The notes below the pieces were generated by a model. It did not search any database. It saw only the letters and a program-made list of their open reading frames with translations, and was not told the DNA's origin. Below are positions 39,515-56,150 of a stretch of 64,000 nucleotides of DNA, in pieces; position 1 is the stretch's first letter; the number at the start of each line of letters is the position of its first letter. Origin of the DNA: the human T2T-CHM13v2.0 reference genome, Homo sapiens. Location of the stretch: NCBI RefSeq assembly GCF_009914755.1, contig NC_060938.1; one strand, 5' to 3'. The position numbers and the translations under genes were made by a program.

Positions 39515-39814
39515 GGCAGGGCGTGGTGGCTCATGCCTGTAATCCCGGCAGTTTGGGAGGCCAAGGTGGGCAGATCACGAGGTAAGGAGTTCGAGACCAG
39601 CCTGGCCAATATGGTGAAACCTCGTCTCTACTAAAAATATACAAAAATTAGCCAGGCATGGTGGCACGCGCCTGTAGCCGCAGCTACTCAGGAGGCTGAG
39701 GCAGGAGAGTCGCTTGAACCCAAGAGGCGGAGGTTGCAGTGAGGCGAGATCATGCTACTGCCCTCCAGCCTGGGCAACAGAGTGAGACTCCGTCTCAATA
39801 AATAAATAAATAAA
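39515..39814 (+). mobile_element. AluSg-like
   Basis: Full Alu, (TAAA)n tail, TSD AAATAAACTCAC. Confidence 0.92.
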
Positions 39815-40177
39815 CTCACATTATTATGTAACATTAATCCTACTGAGTTAGTTGTTAGGAACTTATAATATGGTATGTACTAGGGCAGGCATGACATAGA
39901 AGCAGATACTCCAGAGACATATGGGCACTGGTAAACTGAAGTTCACTGATATTGTGTCTTTTCTACACTACTGAAAGGCAGCCATTTCTTAAACTAAAGC
40001 CACAGCCTACCACTCTGCCCTCCTCCCCTGCCTCTTTGGGTGCAATGCTGATGTGCACAGCCAAGACCCTTGAACATTTTCATTACCAATAGGTATTGGA
40101 AACTGTAGCTGAACCTACAATGCTGAAAATAATACCCAGTTTCCAAAACAGGGATTTTGATCTGTTTGAAATAATAA

Positions 40178-40797
<620 letters not shown>

Positions 40798-42775
40798 TCT
40801 TGAAATAGTAATTATTTTAAGTTAACCCTTTTGCTGCTGAATGCTAGCTCAAAGATGCCTTGGGAGAAACAGAAGCTTCCTGCCAATTGTGTTCTTAAAA
40901 GCCTCTCCTTGATCCATGCCAGGCACATGGCAGAGGCCTGCAGGAGTCTTTGGCTTCCGCCACATGCCCCTTCCTGGAATCTAAAGTGGTTGATCAGTCC
41001 ACTAATTTAACCGTATTAGCACTTTGAGATTGTCATCACTTCCATCTTAAACATGTGGCCTGTTCTAAATTTTCCAAGTAATTTTGGCACTCGTAAGTCT
41101 AGGGTAATGTTTTATTATTTGTCAGTGACACCCAGAATCATTTGGATCCATAAGCAAATAAACATTTCTGCCATATCCTTGGGGCGGGGGGAAAGCCAAA
41201 AAAAGAAAAAGAAAAAAAAAAAAAGGTGTCCCTTGGTTTTACAGGAAATACCAGAAAGCCTGCTGATCCGAGCCGGAAAAAAAGAAGCAGGTACTTCCTA
41301 CCAGAGGCCAAAGTCCAGCTTGGAGCCAAGAAAATGAGAATCAGTCCAGAATTTGACTGGTTTTCCTACAGTATCCTATCAAGTGATAATCAGCCTGGCC
41401 CAGCAAGACAGCTACCCCACAGCAGGGGAGAAAGAGGCCGCCTGCTTCCAAAACCTGCTTCAGAATCCAATGTCAGCCCTCCTTCATCCCAAATAAGCAG
41501 ATATTTGGGATGCTAACTGCCCAGATATTTCCCTGGGAACTCAGGAAGAATTATTTTTACTTTAATTAGTATGGTATACTAAAATATTCTAAACTCCACA
41601 TTGGTTTCATGGTGTAGATTAATCTGACATTAATATTTTCAGCCCATCTGGAAGAGGTTAAGGCAGGATTAGTGGTTCTAATCCAGGTCCTACCACCAAT
41701 TCACTGTGTGGATCCAGGCAAGTCACCTCACAGGCTCCATTTTCTCAGGTGTGAAATCTATGAGTCTCACAATAGTAGTATTCCCCCCGAAGAGTGATGC
41801 ACAAACGACCTGGAACTAAATTCCTGAAAGGCTGGTCACCCTAGAGTGGGACCCAGGAGTGCATCTTAGAGCATATGAACATGACTATACCAGTGCGCAA
41901 CAATTTTACCATCCACTACTATTCTTGGAGATAAAAGAATGCATTCCAAACCCCCTTTGCAGCTACGAATGGGACCTGGTAACTAGCTCGGGCCAATGGG
42001 CTCTACCTGAGGGACAACGCTCTGAAGAGCCAGCAAGCAGCGCTCAGCTGTTTCCCCCACCCTATCTAGCCCCTGAGCCTGAGAAGCTGCCTGGGTTGCA
42101 GCAGATCTGGCAGGAGTGGGAGTAGGCTGTTTGTGATAGGCTAGCTTATCTTGATTGATTCAAGGATCCCAACAGCCACCTAATTTATGACAAGGAAGAG
42201 TGAAGACATCTTCTCTATGAGTGATCTCAGTGGCTAGCAGTTAATTGACATCTATGTGAGACGTTATCATTTGCTTACTCCAACTTCTTCGCTAACAGAA
42301 TTCTAATTTTGTTCATCACAGCAATGTGTTCAGCCCCAAGAGATGAAACATGATTCCTCTGCTCCTTAAGCATTGGAATCACTTGGACAGCTTGGTAAAC
42401 ACAGATTGCTGAGCTCCAGCCCCACCGCCCCCACCACGACCACAAATAATTTTCATTTCTAACAAGTTTCCAGTGGATGCCGATGCCGATGGTCCAAGGG
42501 ATACTGATGCCTAAGGTTGAGGGACCAAACTTTGAGAATCACTGGTCCATTATGGCAATACTATCGTCCTTTGTCCGATACTTCCTTTCCTATCCTCCCT
42601 TGCAGATGCTAATGTGATCTCATTCTGGTCAATGAGACAGAAGGGGAAATCTACAGGGTAACTTCTGGGAAAGATTTTTCTTCCATAAAAGGAGCTGATG
42701 TCAACACAATATTGAAAAAGAAGAAAAAAATTGGAGGACTGACACTAACTGGCTTTAAGAATTACTATAGAGCGT

Positions 42776-43208
<433 letters not shown>

Positions 43209-43546
43209 TTACCTTTGACAAAGGAGCAAAGGCGACAACATGGAGAAAAAAAAAAAAGGTCTTTTCAACAAATGGCACAGGAACAACTGAACATACACAT
43301 GCAAAAAATATGGCTGCAGACACAAAGCTCACACCCTTCACAAAAATCAACTTAAAAGTGATCACATACCTACATGTAAAATGCAAAAGTATAAAACTCC
43401 TAGAAGGTAACATAGGAAGAAATCTACATGACCTTGAGTATGCCAATTACTTTTTAGATACAACAAACACATGCTCCATGAAAGAAATAGTTGATAAGCT
43501 GGACTTCATTAAAATTAAAACCTCTGCTCTGTTAAAGACACTATCA

Positions 43547-43993
<447 letters not shown>

Positions 43994-44631
43994 TTAAATC
44001 TCAACAATAAAGAAACAAATAGCTCAATTAAAAAATAGGCCAAAGACTTTAACAGACACTTCACCAAAGAAGATATACAGATGGCAAGTAAGCATCTGAA
44101 AAGATGCTCCACATTATACATCATCAGAGAAATGCAAATTAAAGCAAGATACCACTACACACTTAGAATTGAGAAAATTCAGAACACCGACAACAGCAAA
44201 TGCTGATGAGGATGCGGAGCAACAGGAACTGTCATTCATTGCTGGTGGAAGTACAAAATTGTATAGCCACTTTGGAAGACAGTGTGGCAATTTCTTATAC
44301 ACCTAAGCATATTCTTACCATCCAATCCAGTCATCACACATCTTTGTATTTAACTAAAGGAGTTGAAAACTAATGTTCAACCAAAAAACCTGTGCACAGA
44401 GGTTTATATCAGCTTTATTCGTAATTACCAAAACTTAGAAGCAAACAAGATGTCCTTCAGTAGGTGAATGGATACATAAACTATGGTACACCCAGAAAAT
44501 GGAATATTATTCACCACCCAGCAGAAATGGACTACAAGCCATGAAAAGACATAGAGGAAACTTTTATCCATATTTAAGTGAAATAAGCCAGTCTGAAAAG
44601 GCTACATACAGTATGATTCCAACTACACAAC

Positions 44632-44981
44632 TGTATAAGTCCGTTTTCACGCTGCTGATAAAGACATATCTGAAACTGGGAACAAAAAGAGGCTTAATTG
44701 GACTTACAGTTCCACATGGCTGGGGAGGCCTCAGAGTCATGGTGGGAGGTGAAAGGTATTTCTTACATGGTGGCAGCAAGAGAAAAATGAGGAAGAAGCA
44801 AAAGCAGAAACCCCTGATAAGCCTATCAAATCTCGTGAGGCTTATTCACTATCATGAGAATAGCACAGGAAAGACTGGCCCCCATGATTCAACTACCTCC
44901 CCCTGGGTCCCTCCCACAACACATGGGAATTCTGGGAGATATAAGTTGAGATTTGGGTGGGGACACAGCCAAACCATATTA
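44632..44981 (-). mobile_element. THE1 (A-like) solo LTR inside the L1
   Basis: tgtataagtccgttttcacgctgctgataaagacata...ggacacagccaaaccatat. Confidence 0.88.
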
Positions 44982-45633
44982 ATGACATTCTGGAAAAGAC
45001 AAAACTAATAAAAACATGAGTCATTGTCAAAGGTTAGGAGAACGGGATTGATGAACAAGCAGGGTACAGAGGATTTTTAGGAGAGTGAAATACTATGTAT
45101 GATACTATAATGGTAGACGCATGTCATTATAAATTTGTCCAAATTCATAGACTCTACAACACCAAGAGTGAACCCTAATGTAAACTATGGACTCTAGGTG
45201 ATAATGATGCATCAATGTAGGTTCATAAATTGTAACAAATGTACCAGTCTGGTGCGGGATGTTGATAATGAGGGAGACTGCACATGTGTGTAGGGGCAAG
45301 GGGATATGGGATATCTCTGTATCTTCCCCTCCATTTTGCTGTGAATATGCAACTGCTCTAAAAAAAGATAAATTTTAAGGGAGTTCCTTTTGTATTTCCT
45401 GATATGAGGTTGGGTGAAAACGTGCTATTTGGTCATGAAGCAGCCATCTTGCAATGTGAGTGACAAGTCTGAGGATGAAGAGCTACCATGCCAAGGAAAA
45501 CAGAGCAGAAAGAGGTAACAAATCTGGATACACCTGACATTGTGGAGCTGATAGCACAAGCCTGAGTCAACGTACCTCCAGGCTTCTTGCTATGTGAGAT
45601 AAGGGTTCAAATTCTTAACCCATTGTTAATGAG

Positions 45634-46830
<1,197 letters not shown>

Positions 46831-47243
46831 CCATTTAAAAGTGTTGTTTTAAGCTTCTATGATTGTAGTCATATGTTACACAGCAATAGAAAAACTAATG
46901 CAGCAGCAAGGTCCTAATTCAGGGTAAAGTGACTGTAAGCCCTTTCGGAAACAAAGCTAAAGCTATATTCTCTGATCAGCTTATAAGCAATAAAGCTGGC
47001 AATTTGATCTCCATCTGACTCCTCCATTTCACAGTTAGTTCTGAACTCCAGAGGAGAAGAATTCTTATTTATTCATGTCATAAAAACTCCAATAGTCAGG
47101 CATTTTATTATTCTGCAACCAAAAGCATTTCTAAGTAATCCAATATCCCTCAGCAATTCTTTAAAATGAGGATCAGACCTGGGATGTGGTGGAAGGACCC
47201 AAAACAGGGTCACCTCAGGATTCAGGCATCTTGAAGACCAACT

Positions 47244-47657
<414 letters not shown>

Positions 47658-50022
47658 TGAGCAGAAGAAATACATAAACCTTCCCCCATGAGAACTAAAA
47701 ATTCACAACCCCAAGCTTTGTTAGCTTATACAATTTTCATTTCTCAAATAACCACCTAAACGTAATTGGACTTTTAAATGTAGTTTAAATCAATGGCAGA
47801 AAACTGAGATTTTCTACCAAAACTTTCCATGCAGCAAGCAAACTGCTGCAGGATCAGTTGTTCGTATATTTAGGAAGTGTGCTTACATTCCCCCTGGAAT
47901 TCGGTCACCCTTTCCAATAGCACCCTCCAATACTCAGCAAATGCATTCATTGTGCACTGCCAATTCAATAATATGCAACTGTCTCGCCTTCCTAAAAGAA
48001 TCTTGATCTTTGATGGTGCTGCAAGGAGCTGAGTGGACAATCAGCATAAAGATGAAATGTGAGGTTTCTAAGGCTCTGTATCAGAATCTGTTGATGGTCC
48101 ATTTGAGACGCAGCTTCAAGGGGAAGGAGAACCATATACTCTATTTGTAGTCGGAAATTCATTAGGGGAGACTAAGTCCCTAAATTTAGTAGCAGATGTC
48201 CAGATGATTGCAACCTCTTCCATCACTTCAAATATAGTAACTAGAATTTTTTCTGCTAAGGAGGATTTCAAAAACTTTTAGTCCAATCCTTTCTTCTACA
48301 AATAAGGAAACTGAGCTCTAAAGAAGCTACATAAAAATAAAAATGCCAGATCAGTCATTTCCCCAATTGAATCCTGTTCTGAGTGTTCAAACTACCAGAT
48401 TCTTTTTTCTCTAAGTCAGAGGGCCATGAGGCAGCAGCTAAAAGGGTGCTTCCAAGAAGTTCAAAAGAGTTCTTGGAGACAGGGCTGCTATGTCTGGTTT
48501 AGGAAGAACTAAACATCTGAAAAGCAGGGAAGCTGAGCACTGATGGTTTCCATGGAGACTACTGGGGAGCCCAGGTGCACGGTCTAATGAGGCCACCGGC
48601 CAGCCAGCATGAAGGAGCAAAGGCTGTGGGACATTCCAGTAAAACTCACACACCACAGAGCTCCTCAGATGAAACCCGGATGAGTGGCTAGCCTGCCCAT
48701 GAGGGCTTCTCTTGGAGAGAAACACAGAAGCCCTGGGCTCTATATGTCTGCCCTATATGACAAGCTCTTTTCCACACATCATTTCATTTAATCATCACCA
48801 AAACCTGACAAAGTAGATTCAAATTCTATCCCCTTTTGTGGATGAGTAAACTGAGGCAGCTGACCCAGGATCAGTGAGATTATAAAATGGCTCACCCAGC
48901 TATGGTGCCTCGTTCCTCCCATTCTACTCTTTTTAAAAAGCCTCTGAAACTGCTCATCTGAAAGCTCCCTTGCATTCTTCTAAAGAGAAGTATGAGCCAT
49001 TATTGCAGAGACAGCCTTGAACTCAAAGTTTAAGAGTTCTTAGAGGGGGAAAAAAGCACAGCTTTAGAGCTTCCAGCTGATCTGCCTTTGGCCACCATTC
49101 CTAGATCCTGGAAAAGACCTCAGAATGTCATTTGTAAATATTAAGTCATCATAAGAAAGCATTCCCTGAGGAAGGTTTGAAAGACTTGAGAATTAGGTCA
49201 GCGGTGAGTAAGAGGGCAGAAGTGACCTTACATCTGAGCAAAACAGGTGTTCTGTGAAAGCATACAAATGAGTGCGAGTTAAAGGGCATTGGGAACCCCG
49301 GTTTAATCACTCAGCCACTCATGCCTGCAACTAATGCCAGGAATAATTTATTAATTAATTTTAATTTTAGTAAATAAATTCCTTGAGTTGAGATAGTTGT
49401 CTCTTGTTTAAAGATAAATATTCCAGAAAGGAAAAAACCCACTAAGGCAATAGCAATCATCAACAGTTCAGTAGGAAGTAGTACATCAGGATGCCATTTC
49501 TGAGGGAGCACTCAGCAGTGAGAGATGGGAGAGAGAGAGACCATTAGGAGACAGGTGCAAAGCACAGAGCAGTGTCTGGAGAAGTCAGGCTTCTGGAAGA
49601 AGCAGGATTAGCCTAAAGACACTGTGCTTGAAAATAAAACGGAGTAAGGGAGTTCCAACAACAAAATGGATGGATTTACAGTTTTCTACATCATTACAAA
49701 CACAATGAGGAACCCCATCTTCCATCTTGAAGGAGAAACTGAACTTGTCTCACCTCTTCAAAAAATCTGTGTTGGCAAATCCATACTTAACCCTCTTGTG
49801 TTGTGATTGCAGAAATATCACTCTAAAATAGGAAGCTACTCAAAGAAGGGAGTTTAGGTGCAAGATGTTTGACTTCCATTGGCCAAAACAGAAAATACAA
49901 TCATAACATTAAAATTATTCCATTAAAAGCAGACAATGCCCCTGATACTGCCTCCTGGATCCTGTCAGGCTAAAGCCAACTGGATCACAGTGGTTAGAAT
50001 TTAAATATGACACAGTACTCAC

Positions 50023-50183
50023 TCGAAAGACCTTCTCCACTCTTGCAATGCTTTTCCCAAAGATGGTTCCAAGTTGGTCTCCAATTCCAGCCAATAAGAA
50101 ACCAAAGAGTGGAATTCCAAAGATGGCATATAAAATACAAAAGATTTTGCCTCCTTCAGTGCTCGGAGCAATATTCCCATACC
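50023..50183 (-). CDS. KCNK10: KCNK10 coding exon (exon 4): rest of filter 1 and M2, (G)[53 protein letters not shown]
   Basis: Manual translation. Acceptor caccAG at 50184-50185, donor GTGAGT at 50021-50022. Length 161 nt (2 + 53 codons), completing TIG|YG across a phase-1 intron. Confidence 0.97.
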
Positions 50184-53100
50184 CTGGTGAGAAATATGAA
50201 AAAGAGGGAGAGTGGCAGAGAAATTAGCATACTGACCAAAGAACTCACAGACTTTTTTAAAAGTTTGTACATTCCCCCACCTTATGAGCTTTAGGGAGTA
50301 GAACTTCATTTCAAAGGCCCTCTACAATTCGCAACATTGTTCCATTGCTTCTCTTCCTTCTCCCCTTATAAACGGTTTTAAGGTTTCTTGGATATTAACA
50401 CATTTTAGGAAATTCATGGTCACTCAGAACTTTCATTTTCATTTCTGACAAAAAGTGATACCACCTTTTTCTGAAACACCAAGCATCATGGGCATGTCTA
50501 GTTTAGCGAGACCTGAATGCGTGGGAAGGAATCACCACTGCACTTATTAGATTTGACAAGAGCTTCTTTTTCACAGTCTTACCCATGGGCTCCACCTGGA
50601 CCGACTGTGGCTGTCTTGAAGGGTAATGGGTACCCCATATTAAAGAGGAAATGTGGTCTAGTACAAGGTTAGAAAGGACTCATGAATTGTACAGCCTTAC
50701 CCTGGGAAGTCTAAAAACAGGAAAGAATAGGGAAGGGAAGGCTTTGTGCTGTCTCTCCCCACCGCCAGTGAAGTTTCGCCCCATCTGGTTTTTTTCTCTT
50801 TACTGGGAACTCCACATCATCTCTGAGTCCTACCTCTCCGCCCAACTACCTCTTGCATTGAGGGTAATAAGATGCTAAAAGTTTATTGATGGATGTTTGA
50901 ATACAAGAGAATCTTTTTATAGTCAGGTCTACTAATATGTATTTCAAATAGTGCTTTGAAAATACCCGCAGCAATCTTAAGAGTACTGCCATTACATAAG
51001 TAACTTATGTACAATGAGTACTGGGCTTACCCTATATGGATGAGGCTAAAGAAAGTATTGCTGGAAGAAAAAGTCCTATAGCATTAGCACACTTTATATG
51101 GAGATGAAAGTCTAAATTAATTAATATTCATTTTTGTGCCAATTGATATTACAATCTTATGTTAAAAAGTATCTAGACAGTAATCTAACCATTCTCCCAA
51201 ATCTGGGTAAATCATGTGGGGCCTGTTTCTGAATCCATTCAATGAGTGAGTTATTGGGTCCATGGTTATTGACAGGTTGGGAATGCAACATGATAAAAAA
51301 ACGTTGATGGTTAGTCCATCATTCAGCCACCCACAGGCCTGCAGAACTCACGGTTGCCTTCTGCCTTCGGGAATGAGTCACCTGGATACTTTCTTTTGCA
51401 ATCTTCTGTTCTGAATCATTCAAACCTCTTATAATAATCTAAATTACAGCTTCCATTTCTAAAATGAGTGTTCAGGCTAGGCTTCCTCATCTTGTATTTC
51501 CTTTACTCACCAGGATTTTGATTTAAATATGCAAAAAAGCTCTCAGAACTTTTTTCAGGTACTTTCAGGAACTTGGACAAAATCATTTTTCCAAGAATAC
51601 CCCTCTAGAATGGTCAAGCTGACATTAAGCTAGCCCTATTGAAAAAGAAATAAATGAGCCTCTACAGTTTCACTTTATGCAGGTTTATGGTGACTCTTGG
51701 AAACATTCAAGTAACTTGTGAAAACACTGAAGACCCCAGCTTGACTGTCTCACAATAGCCTAACTTTGGGGAATATAGGTTGTCCAAGTGTCTCAGAAAG
51801 AAATATATTGCAGACATAGGCAAACAAGTGGAGGCTTGGAACTGGATGAACAGGCATCTCATTAATCCTGACAAGTGCTACACCCCCTTCCTCCAGCTTT
51901 CAGAGATGACCACCCCCACCCACCTCCTGGGTAAGGCACTGTGGCTTACCACGGAGCATCAGGGAGAAGTGAGGAGATGAAAGATCTGGATCAAATTCCA
52001 CCTCACACTACCTGGTTCTCCTTAGACCCACTTAACATCTGCAAATCCTAGTGTCAGAGGTACTCAAGGAAAATGCAGGGAGAAAAAAATCAATGGACTG
52101 TAAAGTACTGTACCAATGCAAAGTATTATTATTATTATTATTATTATCACAATTGGTTCCTTATTTGTTCAGTGTTTTGTTGACTAGAACACAAAAATAA
52201 TATTAAAGCTAAGTTCTTGGGTAAGAGCATGAGTGATGCAATACTCAAACAAGCCTTTAAATATATTCACAGCCATCTTTCTTTGGTGACACACTGCCCA
52301 GTGGACAGAAAGTCATCATTCTTGAGTGATGCTGTATCTCATGCATGGGCGTGTGTGTGAGTGTATTTGTGCTCCATGCCTTTGGTGAACTATAAGGAGA
52401 GACTGTTTGACCCTCAACACTGTCACTCTGGGAAAATTCCAGCACTTACACTTTGGAGCTTTGCTCTGAGGCAATGGGAAGACCACATTTCTGGATTTGG
52501 GGATCTAGTTACACCCCGCCTCTCTGACTGCCCTGCTCATCCTTCTAGAATGCTTGGGTAGAACTTTGAAGTAAGGTGTGACAGTTGTCTGTAGGCTCTA
52601 GAACTAGAGACTACACAGATTTCTGTTCTGATTCTTCTATTTACCAACTCTCAGGTCATAGGCACATTCTTAATCTCTCTCCCTCACTTTCTTCATCAAA
52701 AGACAAGGCTATTAAAGTGCCTACCCATAGCTATTAAAGATTAAATGAGTTACATGCAAAGCAAGAGTTACATGTGAAGATTAAATACCTGTGAAATATG
52801 ATGCAAACTAAGCACCCCGTTTGCCTTGTGCTTTACTGTGGGAAGGAATTGTTTCTGAGCAATATGTCTCCAGGAAAACTCAGTCCCAGGAGAAAACAGG
52901 CGGTTGATTCCTATCTTCCCTCCAGAAACTTCACTGTTCTCCCATAGCACCCACAGCATCAGGTGGTGACTTTCAGCAGAAGACAACCAACTCCACAAGG
53001 GCAAACAGCCAAGGGGAGGCTGTAATGAACGCACAGCACCAGGATGAGCTCAGATCTGTTCACCTCTGGCTAGAAAAGAGTTCCCCGTTTTTCAGGAAGA

Positions 53101-53267
53101 GAAAGCTGGCATTTAAAGAGGACTTGTGCCTGAGGAGTGCACACAAAGGCTTCCACTTGCTGTTTACGTGCCAAAGTCAAATCTTGGCCCAACTGTGTGT
53201 TGTGCAGCCCTACTTGTTTAGTTGAGAGTGTGCTTTCTTATTATGGTCACCAGTCTGTCTGCGCAGG

Positions 53268-53403
53268 CAGGGCTGCTTTATGGATGTGCACCCTGTGCAG
53301 TCCCACAGGGCCCACGCTTAGATGGGTCCTGTGCTTGGTTTAATGCTCTAAGGGACCCCACTTCAATTTGTACTGGGTGCCACAAATTATGTAGCTGGTC
53401 CTG
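53268..53403. mobile_element. MER91-like hAT element (internally deleted), followed by a MIR to about 53600
   Basis: CAGGGCTG...ctgtgcagtcccacagggccc...cacaaattatgtagctggtCCTG. Confidence 0.7.
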
Positions 53404-53652
53404 GTGAATCTAGCTGGACTCCACTGCTTACTAACTATGAAATACCGGGCAAGTTATTTAACTTCTCTGGGCCTCAGTCTTCTCATAGATAAAATGAGGC
53501 TAATAACAGTACCCACCTCATGTGGTTATGCAGGATTAAATGAGATAATGTATGTGGAGCACAATGCACGTTAACTAGTAAGAACTCAGTAAATGTTAGC
53601 CATGGTGATTGCTCTTTTCAAAGGCACAGGTTAAACATCCCATCTAAATCAA

Positions 53653-53958
53653 GTGGGGCTCACACTCATAATCTCAGCACTTTGGGAGGCCAAGGTGGGA
53701 GGATCACTTGAGGCCAGGAATTTGAGACCAGCCTGAACAATATTGTGAGCCCTTGTCTCTACAAAAAAAAAATTTTTTTAATTAGCCCGGCATGGTGGTG
53801 CACAACTATAGTTCCAGCTACTTGGTTGGCTGAGGCGCGAGGACCATTTGAGCTAGGAGTTTGAGGTTACAGTAAGCTATGATCACACCACTGCACTCCA
53901 GCCCAGGCAACAAAGCAATACCCCTTCTCTGAAAAATAAAAATAAAAATAAAAAATAA
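53653..53958 (+). mobile_element. AluJ
   Basis: J diagnostics and (TAAAAA)n tail. Confidence 0.88.
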
Positions 53959-55429
53959 ACATCCAATCCAGTGCTGGGTAAGTACCAACAGGTGCCTCGA
54001 TAGTTTGATAGGGACAACCCTTAAATGAGGCTGCCAGGCTAGTGACGCAGTGACTGGCTACCACCTGGTCCTGACCAGAGGCTCTCTCTCTGATGTGGGC
54101 AGAGTCAGGTGGCTCAATCTGAAAATGCCTCACAGACTAAAATCTAATCGCATTTCACAGATATTGGTAAGAACCTGATCGCTCGCTGTCCTTCTACAAA
54201 TGACAGCTTGTGAAAAAGCATCTGCACATAGAAGTGAGCATCATTCATCCAGCTTAGAAAAGCTAGTTACGGGGGACCCACCAGCTGAGCCAATAATCAA
54301 AGGCAGGTGGGACTTTCTCACGTTGAATTAGTTACTGAGAAAGGGACTAGGGTGCAGTGCAGCCCTGTCATTGACAGAGCAGAGTCTGCTCTTCCTTCTG
54401 GCGTGGCTACTGGTCTGGAGAAGTGCCTGAAGGTATTCCGTTTGCTATACACTTGTAAATCTTTCCATATATCTCAGCACAAGAAAAACCTTCTTCAAAA
54501 AGAAGTGCTTTGATATCCTCAGATAAAAGGGATCTCTGATACTAAGGAGTAGCGCTGCTTTTCAGAAAAGATTCTATTATTCACAAAGTGTGTCTATACA
54601 CATTCTACCTAATAAACACATTTTTTATGTCTGAAAAGTACATAACCTTAAGCTGCTCATGAGAGCCTTTCTGGAAAGAAATTTGGCAAGCCTTTCATTT
54701 CCTTTGACAGAGCAAACCCTTGGTAACCTTTCCAAGGCAACAACCAGAGATGAAGACCACACTTCACAACGTTAACACCATGGTGTTACACTATTACTAA
54801 AATAGAAACAGCTTAAGTTCCCAGGAATATGTGATTATAGTGTGAATAGTGGATCCAATAGAAACCATCAAAGAATACACTTTTCAAAGAACTTTAGTAA
54901 TATGCAAAAATGTCTGCAATATTACGTTGCAAATTTTATGATCGCAAGGGAACAGGCCAATATTTGTGTATTTCACAATTAATGAAATACACAGCTCCTC
55001 AGCTCTCACGGTTCCTCTTTCCTGACTCCTAACTAGTGGAAAATTGCTCAGGAAGAACTGGAAGAATTGCTGGGCTCTGAGTTTTCTTATAAACCTTGCG
55101 ACCACATGCAACAAATGAATTTACCACTAAGTAACTGGAAAAACAATTATTTCTGCACCTCATTATTCTTACTTACATTGTATTAAGGGCTTCTTTGGAA
55201 TTCTCTAACTGTATGACTCTATAAAGATCCTCCACTCTGGAGTTAAAATTTAGCCAGCTAAATGGTGCTCAACTTACAATACATTATTTTTCAATTAAAA
55301 GAAAGAAAGAGTGAGAGAGAAAATTGTGTTTTCTAAATTAAATAGAACAAGGACCCTATCTCTAGTGTTAACACTGTACAATGATACTGAAGTGGACTTT
55401 GCATTTTACTTTTGGTTTTGATGCACATT

Positions 55430-56150
55430 TGTTTTGCAGTAGTTTCCTGTTCAGCATCCACCTTCCTTCTGATTTTTGGGAAAGCCCCCCTTCCTGTGCA
55501 TAATTGGTATGACACAGTGTCCTGCCTCCCACCACAGAGGAAACAGCTCCTAGGCAGCCAGGATGTGTGCACATGAACAAATAGGATGGCTCTGCCTAAG
55601 ACTTTAAATCAAGAGTCAGTGGCTCAAAGATGATGACAGATGGCAGCTGCAGCAGCCAGCAGGCTCAGTCACTAGCTGTGGAGGTCAGAGGATATTCACT
55701 GGCCCTGCATGAGCTCTGACCCAAAGCATGTATTGGGATGTTCTCACTTGCAGGTAATAGAAAGCTCAACGCACACTCGCTTAAACAACGAAAGAAAATA
55801 TATTGACCCCAGTAAATAGAAGGGGGTTTAACATTTATTTCTTAACACTTCCTGGGTAGCACCATCCAGAGCTCAAATGATGTAAACAAGACCCCATTCA
55901 CCACTCCTTTTCTTCACTCTGCTTCTTTAGTGTTTGATGAATTCTAGGCAGAACAACCCAAGGGGAAAAAAATGACTGGCAGTGCCTTAGGCCTGTCTCT
56001 TTCCAGACTTACCTTTAGTAAGAAAGAGAGGTCATTTCCTCCAAAGCTCCGGCAAAAGCCCCTAATCCAGATCATATGTCCATCTTTGAACTAATAATTG
56101 TGGCCAAGCACTGGATTTCTTAGTCTAGACAAGGTGATTGTTCACCTGAG
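55430..56150. mobile_element. Old ERVL/MaLR LTR fragments
   Basis: cttgcaggtaatagaaagctcaac..gcttaaacaa and gtccatctttgaactaataattgtggccaag motifs. Confidence 0.45.
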
